This document shows, one piece after another, positions 8,644 through 18,721 of a stretch of DNA of 64,000 nt; within the stretch, counting starts at the first letter, position 1; each line of letters begins with the position of its first letter. The DNA lies in NCBI GenBank assembly GCA_963676835.2, contig CAXXFF010000003.1:96001-160000 (forward strand). Reading direction: 5' to 3'. The position numbers and the translations under genes were made by a program. Source of the DNA: Marispirochaeta sp. Its GTDB lineage: Bacteria; Spirochaetota; Spirochaetia; JC444; Marispirochaetaceae. The notes beneath the pieces were generated by a model. That model searched no databases. It saw only the letters and a program-made list of their open reading frames with translations, and was not told where the DNA came from.

Positions 8644-10626
8644 ATGTCGTTTTTACAGCTTAACAATATTTCTCTCGCCTTTGGAGACAGGGACATCCTG
8701 AAGGGCACCGACCTGCGTGTAGGAAACGGAGACAGGATTGCTCTGAGCGGTGCCAACGGATCGGGAAAATCCTCGCTTCTTAAAATAGCAGCAGAGATAA
8801 ACAAGCCGGACAGCGGTGATATATCCAAAAGCCCCGGAGCACGTATAACCTATCTGCCCCAGACCGGTCTTGAATACAGCGGAAGCAGCCTGTCTGAAGA
8901 GGCGGAAAAAGCTTTTTCCTATGTGCACCGGATGATCAGCGAAAAAAAGGAAATTGAAAACCGGCTGGCAGATATCGACGAATCAGATCCTTCGCTGAAT
9001 GAGCTTCTTCATTCCCAGCACGATCTTGAAGAATCCATTGCGTCATCAGGCTATTATCTGCGGGAACAGCGGATCTCGGAAGTTCTTTCAGGACTTGGTT
9101 TTTCAGACCAGGATAAAGAAAAAGAAACCGGCAGTTTCTCCGGAGGCTGGCAGATGCGTATAGCCCTTGCCAAGGCGCTTCTGACCAATCCCGACCTGCT
9201 GCTCCTTGATGAGCCAACCAACTATCTCGACCTGGAAGCCCGGGACTGGCTGCAGGAGTTTCTCTCCTCCTTTAAGGGTGGAATTATCCTGGTGAGTCAC
9301 GACCGCCATTTTCTTGATTACACCTGTAACCGGGTTGCTGAACTTTTTCTTGCCCGACTTCGCCTTTACACCGGAAACTACAGTGCATATCTGAAGCAGC
9401 GGGAAAAAGAGCTGGAACAGCTGCAGAAAGCCTATACAGAACAGCAGGCGGAAATAGGTAAGCTCGAGAGTTTTATTGAGAGGTTCCGCTACAACTCCTC
9501 AAAGGCACCGCTTGTACAGAGCCGAATCAAACAGCTGGAAAAGATAGAACCCATAGAACTGCCGGAAAGCATGAAACACGTTCATTTCTCCTTTCCATCG
9601 CCGCCTCACAGCGGGAAACAGGTTCTGGGACTTCGGGAAGTGAGCAAATCGTACGGAGAACATACTGTTTTCCGCAGCGTTGAACTTGATATTGAACGGG
9701 GTGAAAGGCTTGCCCTGGTGGGCAGGAACGGTGCAGGAAAATCCACCCTGATGCGTATACTTGCAGGTGCAGATACTGATTACGACGGAACCCTGAAACC
9801 GGGAACCGGGGTCAGGATCGGGTATTTCGATCAGAACGTAGAGAAAACTTTAATCGGCTCCCACTCAATCTATGATGAAATCGAACGTGAAACACCTACA
9901 GAATTGATTCCATCCCTCAGAGGCCTTCTGGGAGCGTTTCTTTTCCGGGGGGATGATATTTACAAACCCCTTGATGTACTTTCCGGCGGAGAAAAAAGCA
10001 GGCTTGCCCTGCTTAAACTTCTGCTTAATCCGGTTAATCTGCTGATCCTTGATGAACCTACCAACCACCTTGATTTGCAGACAAAAGAAGTTCTCCTTGA
10101 TGTGCTGTCAACCTACGAAGGGACACTGGTGTTTGTTTCTCACGACCGGTATTTTCTCGAAAAACTTGCCACCAGAATCTTTGAAATAGAAAACTGCCGG
10201 GCCACCAACTATCCGGGAGATTATCTCTACTACCGATCTATTAAAGAAAGATACAGTGATGAACAAACAGGATCAGGGCAGTCTACATCCGGGGACGAGA
10301 AAGAGAAAAACCCGGAAAAAACGGCCTCCCAGCTGCATCGGGAAGAGCTGAAAACGCATCAGGCGTCTCAGCGCCGGATGGTCCGGGAAGAAGAGGCTCT
10401 TCTGGAAAGCATAGACAGTCTTGAAACTACCGTAACAGGGCTGCATGAAGAACTTTCAAAACCGGAGATCTATTCCTCAGCAGACAAAGCTCAGTCTGTT
10501 CAGGCCAGACTCGACAAAACCCAGGCTGAACTCGAATCTGCCCATCAGCGATGGGAAGAGGTGTCAGAGGCCCTTACCCGGATAGAGTCCGTAATTGCAG
10601 AGATTCAAGGGGCCCCTTCCAAATGA
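8644..10626 (+). CDS. ABC-F family ATP-binding protein with C-terminal coiled coil
   Basis: Two ABC cassettes (GANGSGKS/FSGGW/LLLDEPTN; GRNGAGKS/LSGGE/LILDEPTN), no transmembrane segments. Confidence 0.92.
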   Translation: MSFLQLNNISLAFGDRDILKGTDLRVGNGDRIALSGANGSGKSSLLKIAAEINKPDSGDISKSPGARITYLPQTGLEYSGSSLSEEAEKAFSYVHRMISEKKEIENRLADIDESDPSLNELLHSQHDLEESIASSGYYLREQRISEVLSGLGFSDQDKEKETGSFSGGWQMRIALAKALLTNPDLLLLDEPTNYLDLEARDWLQEFLSSFKGGIILVSHDRHFLDYTCNRVAELFLARLRLYTGNYSAYLKQREKELEQLQKAYTEQQAEIGKLESFIERFRYNSSKAPLVQSRIKQLEKIEPIELPESMKHVHFSFPSPPHSGKQVLGLREVSKSYGEHTVFRSVELDIERGERLALVGRNGAGKSTLMRILAGADTDYDGTLKPGTGVRIGYFDQNVEKTLIGSHSIYDEIERETPTELIPSLRGLLGAFLFRGDDIYKPLDVLSGGEKSRLALLKLLLNPVNLLILDEPTNHLDLQTKEVLLDVLSTYEGTLVFVSHDRYFLEKLATRIFEIENCRATNYPGDYLYYRSIKERYSDEQTGSGQSTSGDEKEKNPEKTASQLHREELKTHQASQRRMVREEEALLESIDSLETTVTGLHEELSKPEIYSSADKAQSVQARLDKTQAELESAHQRWEEVSEALTRIESVIAEIQGAPSK

Positions 10627-10859
10627 AACATACCCCGAAAAACCGCCCGGTTCTGATCAGACTTATAATTCTTGGCGCCGCTGCCGGAACTTTGCTGTGG
10701 GGTCTTTGTGAAATTCTTGCAGAAGCGGCGGGTTTGCCCTTTTCCCTGAGTGTAGGTCCTGTCGGCTTCGATTTGTATGTTGTCTCCTTTTTCATACGAA
10801 TCAACCCTGGAACCTTTCTCGGGCTTGCCTCCGGGGTCCTCATCTTCAACAGGATCTGA
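10623..10859 (+). CDS. Small membrane protein (DUF4321-like)
   Basis: 78 aa, hydrophobic; ATGA overlap with ABC-F; directly upstream of maf. Confidence 0.6.
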   Translation: MKHTPKNRPVLIRLIILGAAAGTLLWGLCEILAEAAGLPFSLSVGPVGFDLYVVSFFIRINPGTFLGLASGVLIFNRI

Positions 10860-10865
10860 AACATC

Positions 10866-11462
10866 ATGGAATTCGATAAAATGATAATTCTGGCCTCCGC
10901 CTCTCCGCAGAGAGCTGAACTCATGCTGCATGCAGGCCTGCCTTTTACTGCAATGGCACAGGATGCGGATGAGTCACTTCAGGGAGAGCCGCTGGAGACT
11001 GAAGTACAGCGGATTGCTGAAATTAAAGCTCAGTCCTGTCTGGATTCCCTGGCAGGTGTTAAACCGCCCGGCCGCTGGATTGCCGGTTTTGACACTGCCG
11101 TCGGGATAGGCAGTGAAATATACGGGAAACCTGCCAACAGGCTGGAAGCCATTAAAGCTATTACTGCAATACAGGGGACAAGTCATTTTGTATCATCCGG
11201 AGTGGCTGTTATAGATACTGAAAACGGCGCCCGTCAAACCGGGGTGGTAACAACCAGAGTAGAGTTTCGCCCCATGTCCCCGGAAGAGGTCAACTGGTAT
11301 GTGGATACCGGTGACTGGCGGGGAGCAGCCGGAGGCTACCGCATACAAAAACGGGCATCCTTGTTTATTCGTTCCCTGGAAGGGAGCTACCATAATGTAG
11401 TGGGCTTGCCACTGGAAGCTTTTTATGGCATGTTATGTGCGTTAAATTACCCGTTTTTCTAA
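10866..11462 (+). CDS. maf: Maf family nucleoside triphosphate pyrophosphatase
   Basis: IILASASPQR, GFDTAV, GKP, AGGYRIQ, GSYHNVVGLP. Confidence 0.92.
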   Translation: MEFDKMIILASASPQRAELMLHAGLPFTAMAQDADESLQGEPLETEVQRIAEIKAQSCLDSLAGVKPPGRWIAGFDTAVGIGSEIYGKPANRLEAIKAITAIQGTSHFVSSGVAVIDTENGARQTGVVTTRVEFRPMSPEEVNWYVDTGDWRGAAGGYRIQKRASLFIRSLEGSYHNVVGLPLEAFYGMLCALNYPFF

Positions 11463-11488
11463 AACTTATATTTTTAGAAAGGCGGCAA

Positions 11489-11566
11489 TCCTCCACATAC
11501 TCCGGTATGTGAGAATTAGAGAGAAGGAAGCGGAAACAGAGTATCCGCAAACCTAGGAGGGAAACC
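11489..11566 (+). promoter_or_regulatory. Structured rpsB leader (putative S2 autoregulatory element)
   Basis: TCCTCC (11489-94) complementary to SD GGAGGG (11556-61); hairpins CACATAC/GTATGTG and GCGGA/TCCGC. Confidence 0.5.
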
Positions 11567-12511
11567 TTGGCAGTAGTAACCATGAAGAACCTGCTTGAAT
11601 CCGGTGTACATTTCGGTCACCAGACCAAGCGCTGGGATCCCCGCATGAAGAAGTATATCTTCGCAGAGCGGAACGGGATCCACATCATCGACCTGCAGAA
11701 AACCATCGCATCTATCCGTGAAGCATACGAAGTTGTCCGGGGTGCGGTACACGAAGGAAAATCAGTCCTTTTTATCGGTACAAAAAAGCAGGCACAGCAG
11801 GCTATTGAGCGAGAAGCTCAGCGCTGTGGAATGTACCACGTAAACAACCGCTGGTTGGGCGGTATGCTTACAAACTTCACCACCATTAAGAAATCAATCC
11901 TGCGTCTCAAGAAGATTGAGAAGATGGAAATTGACGGCACCTTTGAAAGCCTGACCAAGAAAGAGGTATCCAAGCTCAATAAAGAGCGGGCACGTCTTGA
12001 GAAAAACCTTGGCGGTATCAAGGAGATGAAAGATCTCCCCGGTGTTGTATTTATCATCGATACAAAGAAAGAATCCATTGCTGTTGCTGAAGCACAGAGA
12101 ATGGGCATTCCCATCATTGCAGTTGTAGATACCAACTGTAACCCCGAGGGAATCGATTACCCCATCCCCGGTAACGACGATGCAATCCGCGCAATTACCC
12201 TGTTTACCCAGATTATTGCAAATGCGGTTGTTGAAGCAGACAATGAAATCGGACTTGAAGTAATTGAAACACTTCAGGATGACGACGACTCTTCTTCCGA
12301 TGCTGCGGCAGGATCTGCTGAAGAGAAAGACGAAGATGTCGAAACTGTTTCCGTTGCTGATGCAGTAAACAGCAAGGAAGAGAAGGCAGATGAATCCTTT
12401 ACCGATAAGGACTACTCTGACTATAAACCCGAAGATTCAGCAGAAGCTTCTGAAGCTGATGATGCGGAAAGCACTCCCCTTGTAGACGAAGACAAACTGT
12501 ACGAAGACTAG
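11567..12511 (+). CDS. rpsB: 30S ribosomal protein S2 with acidic C-terminal tail
   Basis: [42 protein letters not shown] start with SD GGAGG. Confidence 0.98.
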   Translation: MAVVTMKNLLESGVHFGHQTKRWDPRMKKYIFAERNGIHIIDLQKTIASIREAYEVVRGAVHEGKSVLFIGTKKQAQQAIEREAQRCGMYHVNNRWLGGMLTNFTTIKKSILRLKKIEKMEIDGTFESLTKKEVSKLNKERARLEKNLGGIKEMKDLPGVVFIIDTKKESIAVAEAQRMGIPIIAVVDTNCNPEGIDYPIPGNDDAIRAITLFTQIIANAVVEADNEIGLEVIETLQDDDDSSSDAAAGSAEEKDEDVETVSVADAVNSKEEKADESFTDKDYSDYKPEDSAEASEADDAESTPLVDEDKLYED

Positions 12512-12520
12512 GAGCCGATA

Positions 12521-13363
12521 ATGGGCATTAAAGCAGCAGACGTAAAAAACCTCCGGGAGAAAACCGGAGCAGGCATGATGGAGTGCAAAAAAGCACTTGT
12601 AGAAGCCGACGGTGATTTCGATAAAGCGGAAAAAATTCTTAAAGAGCTCGGCCTTGCAGCGGTTGCAAAGCGGAGTGGCCGGGCAACTGAAGAAGGCCGG
12701 GTATTTACCAAGGTTGACGGCAGCACGGCTGTTATCCTCGAAATAGGCTGTGAGACAGACTTCGTAGCCCGTAATGCCGAGTTCATCGAGTACGGCGGAA
12801 AAATCGTTGAAAAGATTGCCGCAGACAGTCTCACTGAAGTAAACAGCGATATTGAGGCTATTGTTACCGAAGCAGTTGGCAAGATCAAGGAAAACATCAA
12901 GGTTAGCCGTTTTACCACCACCGACGTTGCAGACAACGAACTTTGTGTGGATTATGTACACGGAGAAGGCAACATCGGTGTAATTGTAAAACTCGGTCTT
13001 GAAAACGCATCTCTCAAGGACAATGCAAAGGTAAAGGAATTCGCCTTTGACACTGCCCTGCACATTGCAGCCTTTAACCCCCTCTACCTGGACAGAGATG
13101 CAGTAGATGCAGCCTACCTGGCAGAGCAGGAAGAGATCTTTACTGCTCAGGCCAAGAACCTCGACAAGCCTGAGAAAGTTCTTCAGGGAATTATCAAAGG
13201 CAAGATCAACAAGCATCTTTCTGAAATCTGTCTGCTTAATCAGGGATTTGTAAAGGAAGAGAAAAAGAGCGTTTCCCAGGTTGCACAGGAAATATCCAAA
13301 GAAGCCGGTGGAAATGTAACGGTAAAAGAGTATTTCTATTACGCAGTCGGCGGCGGCGAATAG
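12521..13363 (+). CDS. tsf: Elongation factor Ts
   Basis: VKNLREKTGAGMMECKKAL, CETDFVARN. Confidence 0.98.
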   Translation: MGIKAADVKNLREKTGAGMMECKKALVEADGDFDKAEKILKELGLAAVAKRSGRATEEGRVFTKVDGSTAVILEIGCETDFVARNAEFIEYGGKIVEKIAADSLTEVNSDIEAIVTEAVGKIKENIKVSRFTTTDVADNELCVDYVHGEGNIGVIVKLGLENASLKDNAKVKEFAFDTALHIAAFNPLYLDRDAVDAAYLAEQEEIFTAQAKNLDKPEKVLQGIIKGKINKHLSEICLLNQGFVKEEKKSVSQVAQEISKEAGGNVTVKEYFYYAVGGGE

Positions 13364-13378
13364 TAAAAACAAAATAAG

Positions 13379-13413
13379 GACGCCCTGCACTGAATGCGGG
13401 GCGTCTTTTATTT
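13379..13413 (+). terminator. Rho-independent terminator after tsf
   Basis: GACGCCCTGCA-ctgaa-TGCGGGGCGTC followed by TTTTATTT. Confidence 0.85.
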
Positions 13414-13462
13414 AATAACCTGGTCAAAATCTATATAATTTTTCTAATTTAAAGGAGGAGCC

Positions 13463-14017
13463 ATGGAGGCAACAAAGAAGAGCGCAGAAGAGAGAATGAA
13501 TAAGAGCGTATCCGCACTGGATGATGAATTTTCAGCTATCCGTACCGGGCGGGCTTCCGCGGCCCTTTTCGAAAAAGTCAAAGTAGAATATTACGGCAGT
13601 GCAACTCCCCTTTCTCAGGTTGCGACGATCTCCACACCCGAAGCAAGGCTTGTTGTTATTCAGCCCTGGGATAAAAATGTTCTTGGCGAGATAGAAAAAG
13701 CCCTTCTTAAAAGTGAACTTTCGCTTAACCCTAACAATGACGGCAAGGTTATCCGTATCAATATTCCTCCACTCACTGAGGACCGCCGTAAAGAGCTGGT
13801 AAAACTGGCTAAAAACGTGGCAGAGCAGAGCCGTGTCGCTGTTAGAAATATCCGCCGCGACGCCAATGATCAGTTCAAGAAAATGCAGAAAGACGGTGAT
13901 ATTACCGAAGACGACGCAAAACGGTCTTCAGAAGAAATTCAGAAACTGACCGATGCTGCAATTGAGCAGATCAACAAAAAACTCGAAAGCAAAGAGCAGG
14001 AAATCCTCGAGATCTGA
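13463..14017 (+). CDS. frr: Ribosome recycling factor
   Basis: IRTGRAS, VEYYG, IPPLTEDRRKEL, VRNIRRD. Confidence 0.98.
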   Translation: MEATKKSAEERMNKSVSALDDEFSAIRTGRASAALFEKVKVEYYGSATPLSQVATISTPEARLVVIQPWDKNVLGEIEKALLKSELSLNPNNDGKVIRINIPPLTEDRRKELVKLAKNVAEQSRVAVRNIRRDANDQFKKMQKDGDITEDDAKRSSEEIQKLTDAAIEQINKKLESKEQEILEI

Positions 14018-14024
14018 TCAATTC

Positions 14025-14744
14025 ATGGATAGTATCGATTCATCCCATCTACCAAAACATGTAGGCATCATAATGGACGGCAACGGCAGATGGGCTCAGA
14101 AAAGAAAGCTCCCCCGGTCTGCCGGCCATAAAGAAGGTCTTAACAGTGCCAAAGCAGTAATGGCCCGTGCGGCGGAACTTGGCATTCAATATGTAACTCT
14201 CTACACCTTTTCAACGGAAAACTGGAAACGGGCCCAAGAAGAAGTTAGTTATCTTTTTCACCTTGTAACAGTGTATCTGCGAAAAGAGATGGATTTCTAC
14301 CGAAAAAACAATATCAAAGTGGTCCATTCCGGTGATACAAAAAACCTGCCTCCAGCAGTGCTGAAGGAGTTCGTTGAAGTAAGCCGGGATACCGCTGAGG
14401 CAACGGGGCTTACCCTTAATCTCGCCTTTAATTACGGAGGCAGAGATGAAATAGTCCGTGCAGTTAACCGCTACATCCAAAACTGTAATGATAAAAATCT
14501 AAGCATTGAAACAATTACCGAAGAAATAGTTCAAAAAAATCTGGATCAGCCCGACATCCCCGATGCGGACCTGATAATCCGTACAGCAGGAGAAAAGCGG
14601 CTTTCTAATTTTCTCCTTTGGTCTTCCGCCTATGCAGAGTATCATTTCTCCGACAAATTCTGGCCGGACTGGAATGGTGACGATCTTGATATAGCTGTGG
14701 TAGATTATCAGCAGCGAACCAGACGTTATGGTGGTGTAGTATGA
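14025..14744 (+). CDS. uppS: Undecaprenyl diphosphate synthase
   Basis: HVGIIMDGNGRWA, FSTENWKR, NYGGRDE, DLIIRTAGEKRLSNFLLW. Confidence 0.97.
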   Translation: MDSIDSSHLPKHVGIIMDGNGRWAQKRKLPRSAGHKEGLNSAKAVMARAAELGIQYVTLYTFSTENWKRAQEEVSYLFHLVTVYLRKEMDFYRKNNIKVVHSGDTKNLPPAVLKEFVEVSRDTAEATGLTLNLAFNYGGRDEIVRAVNRYIQNCNDKNLSIETITEEIVQKNLDQPDIPDADLIIRTAGEKRLSNFLLWSSAYAEYHFSDKFWPDWNGDDLDIAVVDYQQRTRRYGGVV

Positions 14745-15577
14745 GTAGCCTTCAGTCAAGACTTCTTACATTCGGTATTGGAGTTCCAGGAATTACCGCT
14801 TTGATTCTCGCCTTTCCCCAGATGAATCATCTTCTGTTTAATCTGCTGGCTGTGGTGTTTATCTGGCTTGGCGCAAAAGAGACAGTTAAATTTTTCAGCA
14901 TGAAGGGCATCATGGTTTCCGGGGAAATTCCATTGTGTGCTGCACTTCTGCCGGCAGTTCAATGGCTTATAATGCGCGGGATATTTCCCGCAGAAAGCAT
15001 AGAATATCTCACAGCCCTGACCCTGATGCTGATACTGGCTATAGAGGTATTCCGGCAGGAAGAAGCAAGCCTCGAAGGAGCTCTTCTCCGATCTGCAGCT
15101 GCTTTTTTCAGTTTCATCTATCCCGGGTTTCTTACCATCTATGCAACCCGCATGACATCCCTCCCTTACCCTGGAGTTCGTCTGCTGGTATTTCTTCTTC
15201 TGGTTTTTACCAATGATACCGCCGCCTATATTTTCGGCTCACTTTTTGGAAGACGATCAAGAAAGCTGTTTATAGCAAGCCCGAACAAAAGTATAGTTGG
15301 ATTTGCATCCGGGTTTCTTTTTACCATTTTAATAGCACTGATTATTCACTACTTTATCCCATATGTATTTTCAGATATTTTTCACGCAGTCTTGATTGGT
15401 ATTGTAATCGGGATAACCGGGATCATAGGAGATCTTGCAGAATCAGTACTGAAACGATCGGCAGTGATTAAGGACTCCGGCGATCTTTTTCCCGGTCGCG
15501 GTGGAATTCTGGATTCTATAGATTCAATAATATACAGTGCTCCCTTTGTATATTTTATTTTCAGCACGATTGTATAA
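14741..15577 (+). CDS. cdsA: Phosphatidate cytidylyltransferase
   Basis: NDTAAY, SPNKS, GDLAESVLKRSAVIKDSG, GGILDSIDS. Confidence 0.95.
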   Translation: MSSLQSRLLTFGIGVPGITALILAFPQMNHLLFNLLAVVFIWLGAKETVKFFSMKGIMVSGEIPLCAALLPAVQWLIMRGIFPAESIEYLTALTLMLILAIEVFRQEEASLEGALLRSAAAFFSFIYPGFLTIYATRMTSLPYPGVRLLVFLLLVFTNDTAAYIFGSLFGRRSRKLFIASPNKSIVGFASGFLFTILIALIIHYFIPYVFSDIFHAVLIGIVIGITGIIGDLAESVLKRSAVIKDSGDLFPGRGGILDSIDSIIYSAPFVYFIFSTIV

Positions 15578-15588
15578 GAACAGAGAAT

Positions 15589-16713
15589 ATGAGTAGAAAA
15601 CGAGTAATCCTTCTCGGAGCAACCGGCTCCATAGGCACCAGCACCCTTGATGTAATCTCAGATTTCCCCGATGAATTTGAAATAGTCGGCTTGTCTGCCC
15701 ACAGCAGGGTGGAAGAACTGCTTAAAATTGCTGGTAAATGGAACGGTGCAAAAACTGCGATAACAGGACAATCCGGGAATATAGATAAGATCGATTATAC
15801 CGGTCCCGACAGCGCAGTACGCCTTGTGCAGGAAGTGGAAGCCGATGTAGTTGTCAACGGAATTATGGGTTCTGCCGGATTAAAGCCTTCAGCCGCTGCA
15901 ATAGAAACAGGAAAAAACCTCGCTCTTGCCAATAAAGAGACTATTGTAATGGCTGGAGATATACTGCTCGCCCGGGCAGCAGAGCAAAAGACAAATATTA
16001 TACCCGTGGATTCTGAGCATGCAGCAATTTTTCAGCTTCTTCGCAACCGTCCGGTAGAAACTGTTCAGGATGTTATCCTTACCGCATCAGGCGGGGCTTT
16101 TCGTGATGCCCCCTTGGAAAAATTGAAAACCGCAACTGTAGAGGAAGCCCTCAAGCATCCTACCTGGGATATGGGAGTTAAAATCACTATAGATTCTGCA
16201 ACCATGGCTAACAAAGGGCTGGAAGTAATAGAAGCCCAGCGTTTTTTCAATATTCCCACCAGCAACATCAGGGTTCTTATTCATCCTCAAAGTTATGTTC
16301 ACAGCCTGATCCGGACGGTGGACGGTATTATGTATGCCCAAATCAGTGCACCGGACATGAAGAACCCTATTATCAATGCACTCTCCTATCCACTTACCCT
16401 GTACAGCGATTTTGCACCGCTGGATCTGGCAGGGAAAAAGATTGAATTCACAAATCCGGACCCCGCACGCTATCCTATGCTTGAACATGCGTTCAAAGCC
16501 TCCGAAGCAGGCGCCTCTTATCCGACGGCTTTTAACGCAGCCAACGAAATAGCTGTTGAAGCCTTTATTCAGGGCAAAATAAGCTACCTTCAAATTGCCG
16601 AAACTGTCGGAAAAACGCTGCAGTCCGACTGGAGTACCAGGCCGGCTGACCTTGAAGATGTGTACAGTATTGACGAAGAAGTGAGGGTTGTAACCCGCGG
16701 CCTTATCGGCTGA
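15589..16713 (+). CDS. dxr: 1-deoxy-D-xylulose-5-phosphate reductoisomerase
   Basis: LLGATGSIG, LALANKET, PVDSEH, TASGG, HPTWDMG, NKGLEVIEA. Confidence 0.98.
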   Translation: MSRKRVILLGATGSIGTSTLDVISDFPDEFEIVGLSAHSRVEELLKIAGKWNGAKTAITGQSGNIDKIDYTGPDSAVRLVQEVEADVVVNGIMGSAGLKPSAAAIETGKNLALANKETIVMAGDILLARAAEQKTNIIPVDSEHAAIFQLLRNRPVETVQDVILTASGGAFRDAPLEKLKTATVEEALKHPTWDMGVKITIDSATMANKGLEVIEAQRFFNIPTSNIRVLIHPQSYVHSLIRTVDGIMYAQISAPDMKNPIINALSYPLTLYSDFAPLDLAGKKIEFTNPDPARYPMLEHAFKASEAGASYPTAFNAANEIAVEAFIQGKISYLQIAETVGKTLQSDWSTRPADLEDVYSIDEEVRVVTRGLIG

Positions 16714-16727
16714 ACAGGAGTTTTCAC

Positions 16728-18080
16728 TTGTCCATAATTAACGGCCTTATCGGTCTTGGTATTGTTATTTTTATTCACGAGACTGGGCACTTTATAGCTG
16801 CCAAACTCTCCGGCATTGAAGTTGAAGCATTTTCCCTCGGCTGGGGCCAACCGTTTTTCCGCTATCAGTATCGCGGGACGGAATACAGGCTCTCGGTCCT
16901 TCCATTCGGCGGTTACTGCAAACTGAAAGGAGAACAGACCCTGCCTGGAGATGATGGGGAGGTCCGCAGTACAGAAGAAGGTTCACTGTTCTCCGTTGCA
17001 CCCTGGAAGCGTATAGCCACCTTTGCCGCCGGACCTTTCAGTAATCTTCTTTTTTCAATTTTTATCCTGAGCCTTATTTGGCTTACAGGTTTTTCCACCC
17101 CTACCTTCGACAATAGAATTGCTCTCATCTCTGATTACGCCTACTATGGAAACACCGACCATGTTTATCCCGCAGATACAGCAGAATTAAAATCCGGGGA
17201 CCGCATAACCGACATAGATGGTCACAAGGTTTTGCATTACCGGGATATACAGGAACTTATCGGAATGAGCCCCGGAGTGCCTGTATCAATTACAGTCAAC
17301 CGAAACGGTACGGACATACAAAAAACAATTACTCCAGAGCTGAATAAAGAAACAGGAACCGGCATGATCGGCGTTTCTGCCTGGATTGAACCGATTGCAG
17401 GCGATATCGCTGCATCATCGCCTGCCTCTGCTGCGGGGCTTATGGATGGTGACCGGATTTTGTCTGTGGATGGAGAGCCGGTAAATAACCAGCTCGACTT
17501 CTTTACCGCCCTCAACAAGCACCCCCTCAGCTTTACCATAGCTATTCTGCGGGATTCGGAAACCCGGGAACTTCGAATTATCCCCGGCTACAACGAAAAC
17601 GGACAACCGATTCTCGGGTTCAGCTTTAAAGGGATTGAACTCCAGAACAAAGCCAGCAGTCCTTTGGATGCCCTGGTGAAAGGAACGGAAGAAACCTTTT
17701 CTACCCTGGTAATGAGCGTTAAAAGTCTTGGCCTGCTTTTTAAGGGAATTGATTTGAATAAGGCCGTATCAGGCCCTATCCGAATAACCTATATGGTCGG
17801 CCAGGTTGCCTCCTACGGCTTCAGCCAGGGAATCAAGACTGGCCTGGTGCGGGTGTTTCAATTTTTAAGCCTCTTAAGCGTGGCACTGTTTGTAATGAAC
17901 CTTCTGCCCATTCCCGCTTTGGACGGTGGTCTGATTCTGCTTAATGTTATAGAGATTATTTTGCGACGAAAAGTATCTTTTAAATTTTATTACCGCTACC
18001 AGATAATCGGTTTTGCATTTATACTTAGCCTGCTTGTTTTAACGACCTTCAGTGATATATTTTACTTTTTTACCAATTAA
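16728..18080 (+). CDS. rseP: Site-2 intramembrane zinc metalloprotease with two PDZ domains
   Basis: HETGH, PFGGY, AGP, NLLPIPALDGG. Confidence 0.96.
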   Translation: MSIINGLIGLGIVIFIHETGHFIAAKLSGIEVEAFSLGWGQPFFRYQYRGTEYRLSVLPFGGYCKLKGEQTLPGDDGEVRSTEEGSLFSVAPWKRIATFAAGPFSNLLFSIFILSLIWLTGFSTPTFDNRIALISDYAYYGNTDHVYPADTAELKSGDRITDIDGHKVLHYRDIQELIGMSPGVPVSITVNRNGTDIQKTITPELNKETGTGMIGVSAWIEPIAGDIAASSPASAAGLMDGDRILSVDGEPVNNQLDFFTALNKHPLSFTIAILRDSETRELRIIPGYNENGQPILGFSFKGIELQNKASSPLDALVKGTEETFSTLVMSVKSLGLLFKGIDLNKAVSGPIRITYMVGQVASYGFSQGIKTGLVRVFQFLSLLSVALFVMNLLPIPALDGGLILLNVIEIILRRKVSFKFYYRYQIIGFAFILSLLVLTTFSDIFYFFTN

Positions 18081-18100
18081 AAACAGCGGGGAAGTCCATT

Positions 18101-18721
18101 ATGCATGAGAATATTGAACATGAAATAACCTGTTATTGTGAAGCAAAAATAAAAATCAGCCTTCCAGAAGTAATTGATCTTAAAGATAAGCCAGATACGG
18201 TTGGTGAAATAAACTCCGGGGACTTCCTCAAGACTGTCTGCCCTAATTGCGGCACCACACTTAAACCGGAATTTGATCTCTCTTTTAAGCTTAATGGTTC
18301 CGAAGGAACTCTCCGTTTTTTACCGGAAATGGACCGTGAAACCTTTTATAAAGGAAGCATTGACTGCTCAGGCTGCAGTGATCTGGTTATCGGATACCCG
18401 GAATTGCGTGAATATTTCCTTTTAAAAGAGTATTCCCTCTCCCGTTTTCCTGTGGAGTCAATTAAACTTCATCTGCTTCAGAAAGTGCCACAGGGTAAAG
18501 AGGTGGAAATATATTTTGAGAAACTCGATAATCAATCTCTGATTTTTCATGTACTCGGCCTTAAAGAAGATCAGGTTGGTCTGGTCACCGTTCCTGTCAC
18601 AACCTACACTTCCCTTGAACAGGAAAGCAGTATACTTAAAGCGCAGGAACCCTACAGTGCAATGAATCGCAATCCCTATCTTTCAGTTAAACTGGTAAGC
18701 TTTGTGGAGGATAATCAGTGA
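18101..18721 (+). CDS. CpXC-domain (zinc ribbon) protein
   Basis: ITCYC...VCPNCG at the N-terminus. Confidence 0.7.
   Translation: MHENIEHEITCYCEAKIKISLPEVIDLKDKPDTVGEINSGDFLKTVCPNCGTTLKPEFDLSFKLNGSEGTLRFLPEMDRETFYKGSIDCSGCSDLVIGYPELREYFLLKEYSLSRFPVESIKLHLLQKVPQGKEVEIYFEKLDNQSLIFHVLGLKEDQVGLVTVPVTTYTSLEQESSILKAQEPYSAMNRNPYLSVKLVSFVEDNQ

Noticed and set aside
12437..13390. 317-aa antisense ORF over tsf
   Set aside because: Mirror frame of a highly expressed gene; no motifs or RBS
13364..13462. pyrH missing between tsf and frr
   Set aside because: Short spacer with a terminator and no gene remnant; to my knowledge this order is normal in spirochaetes
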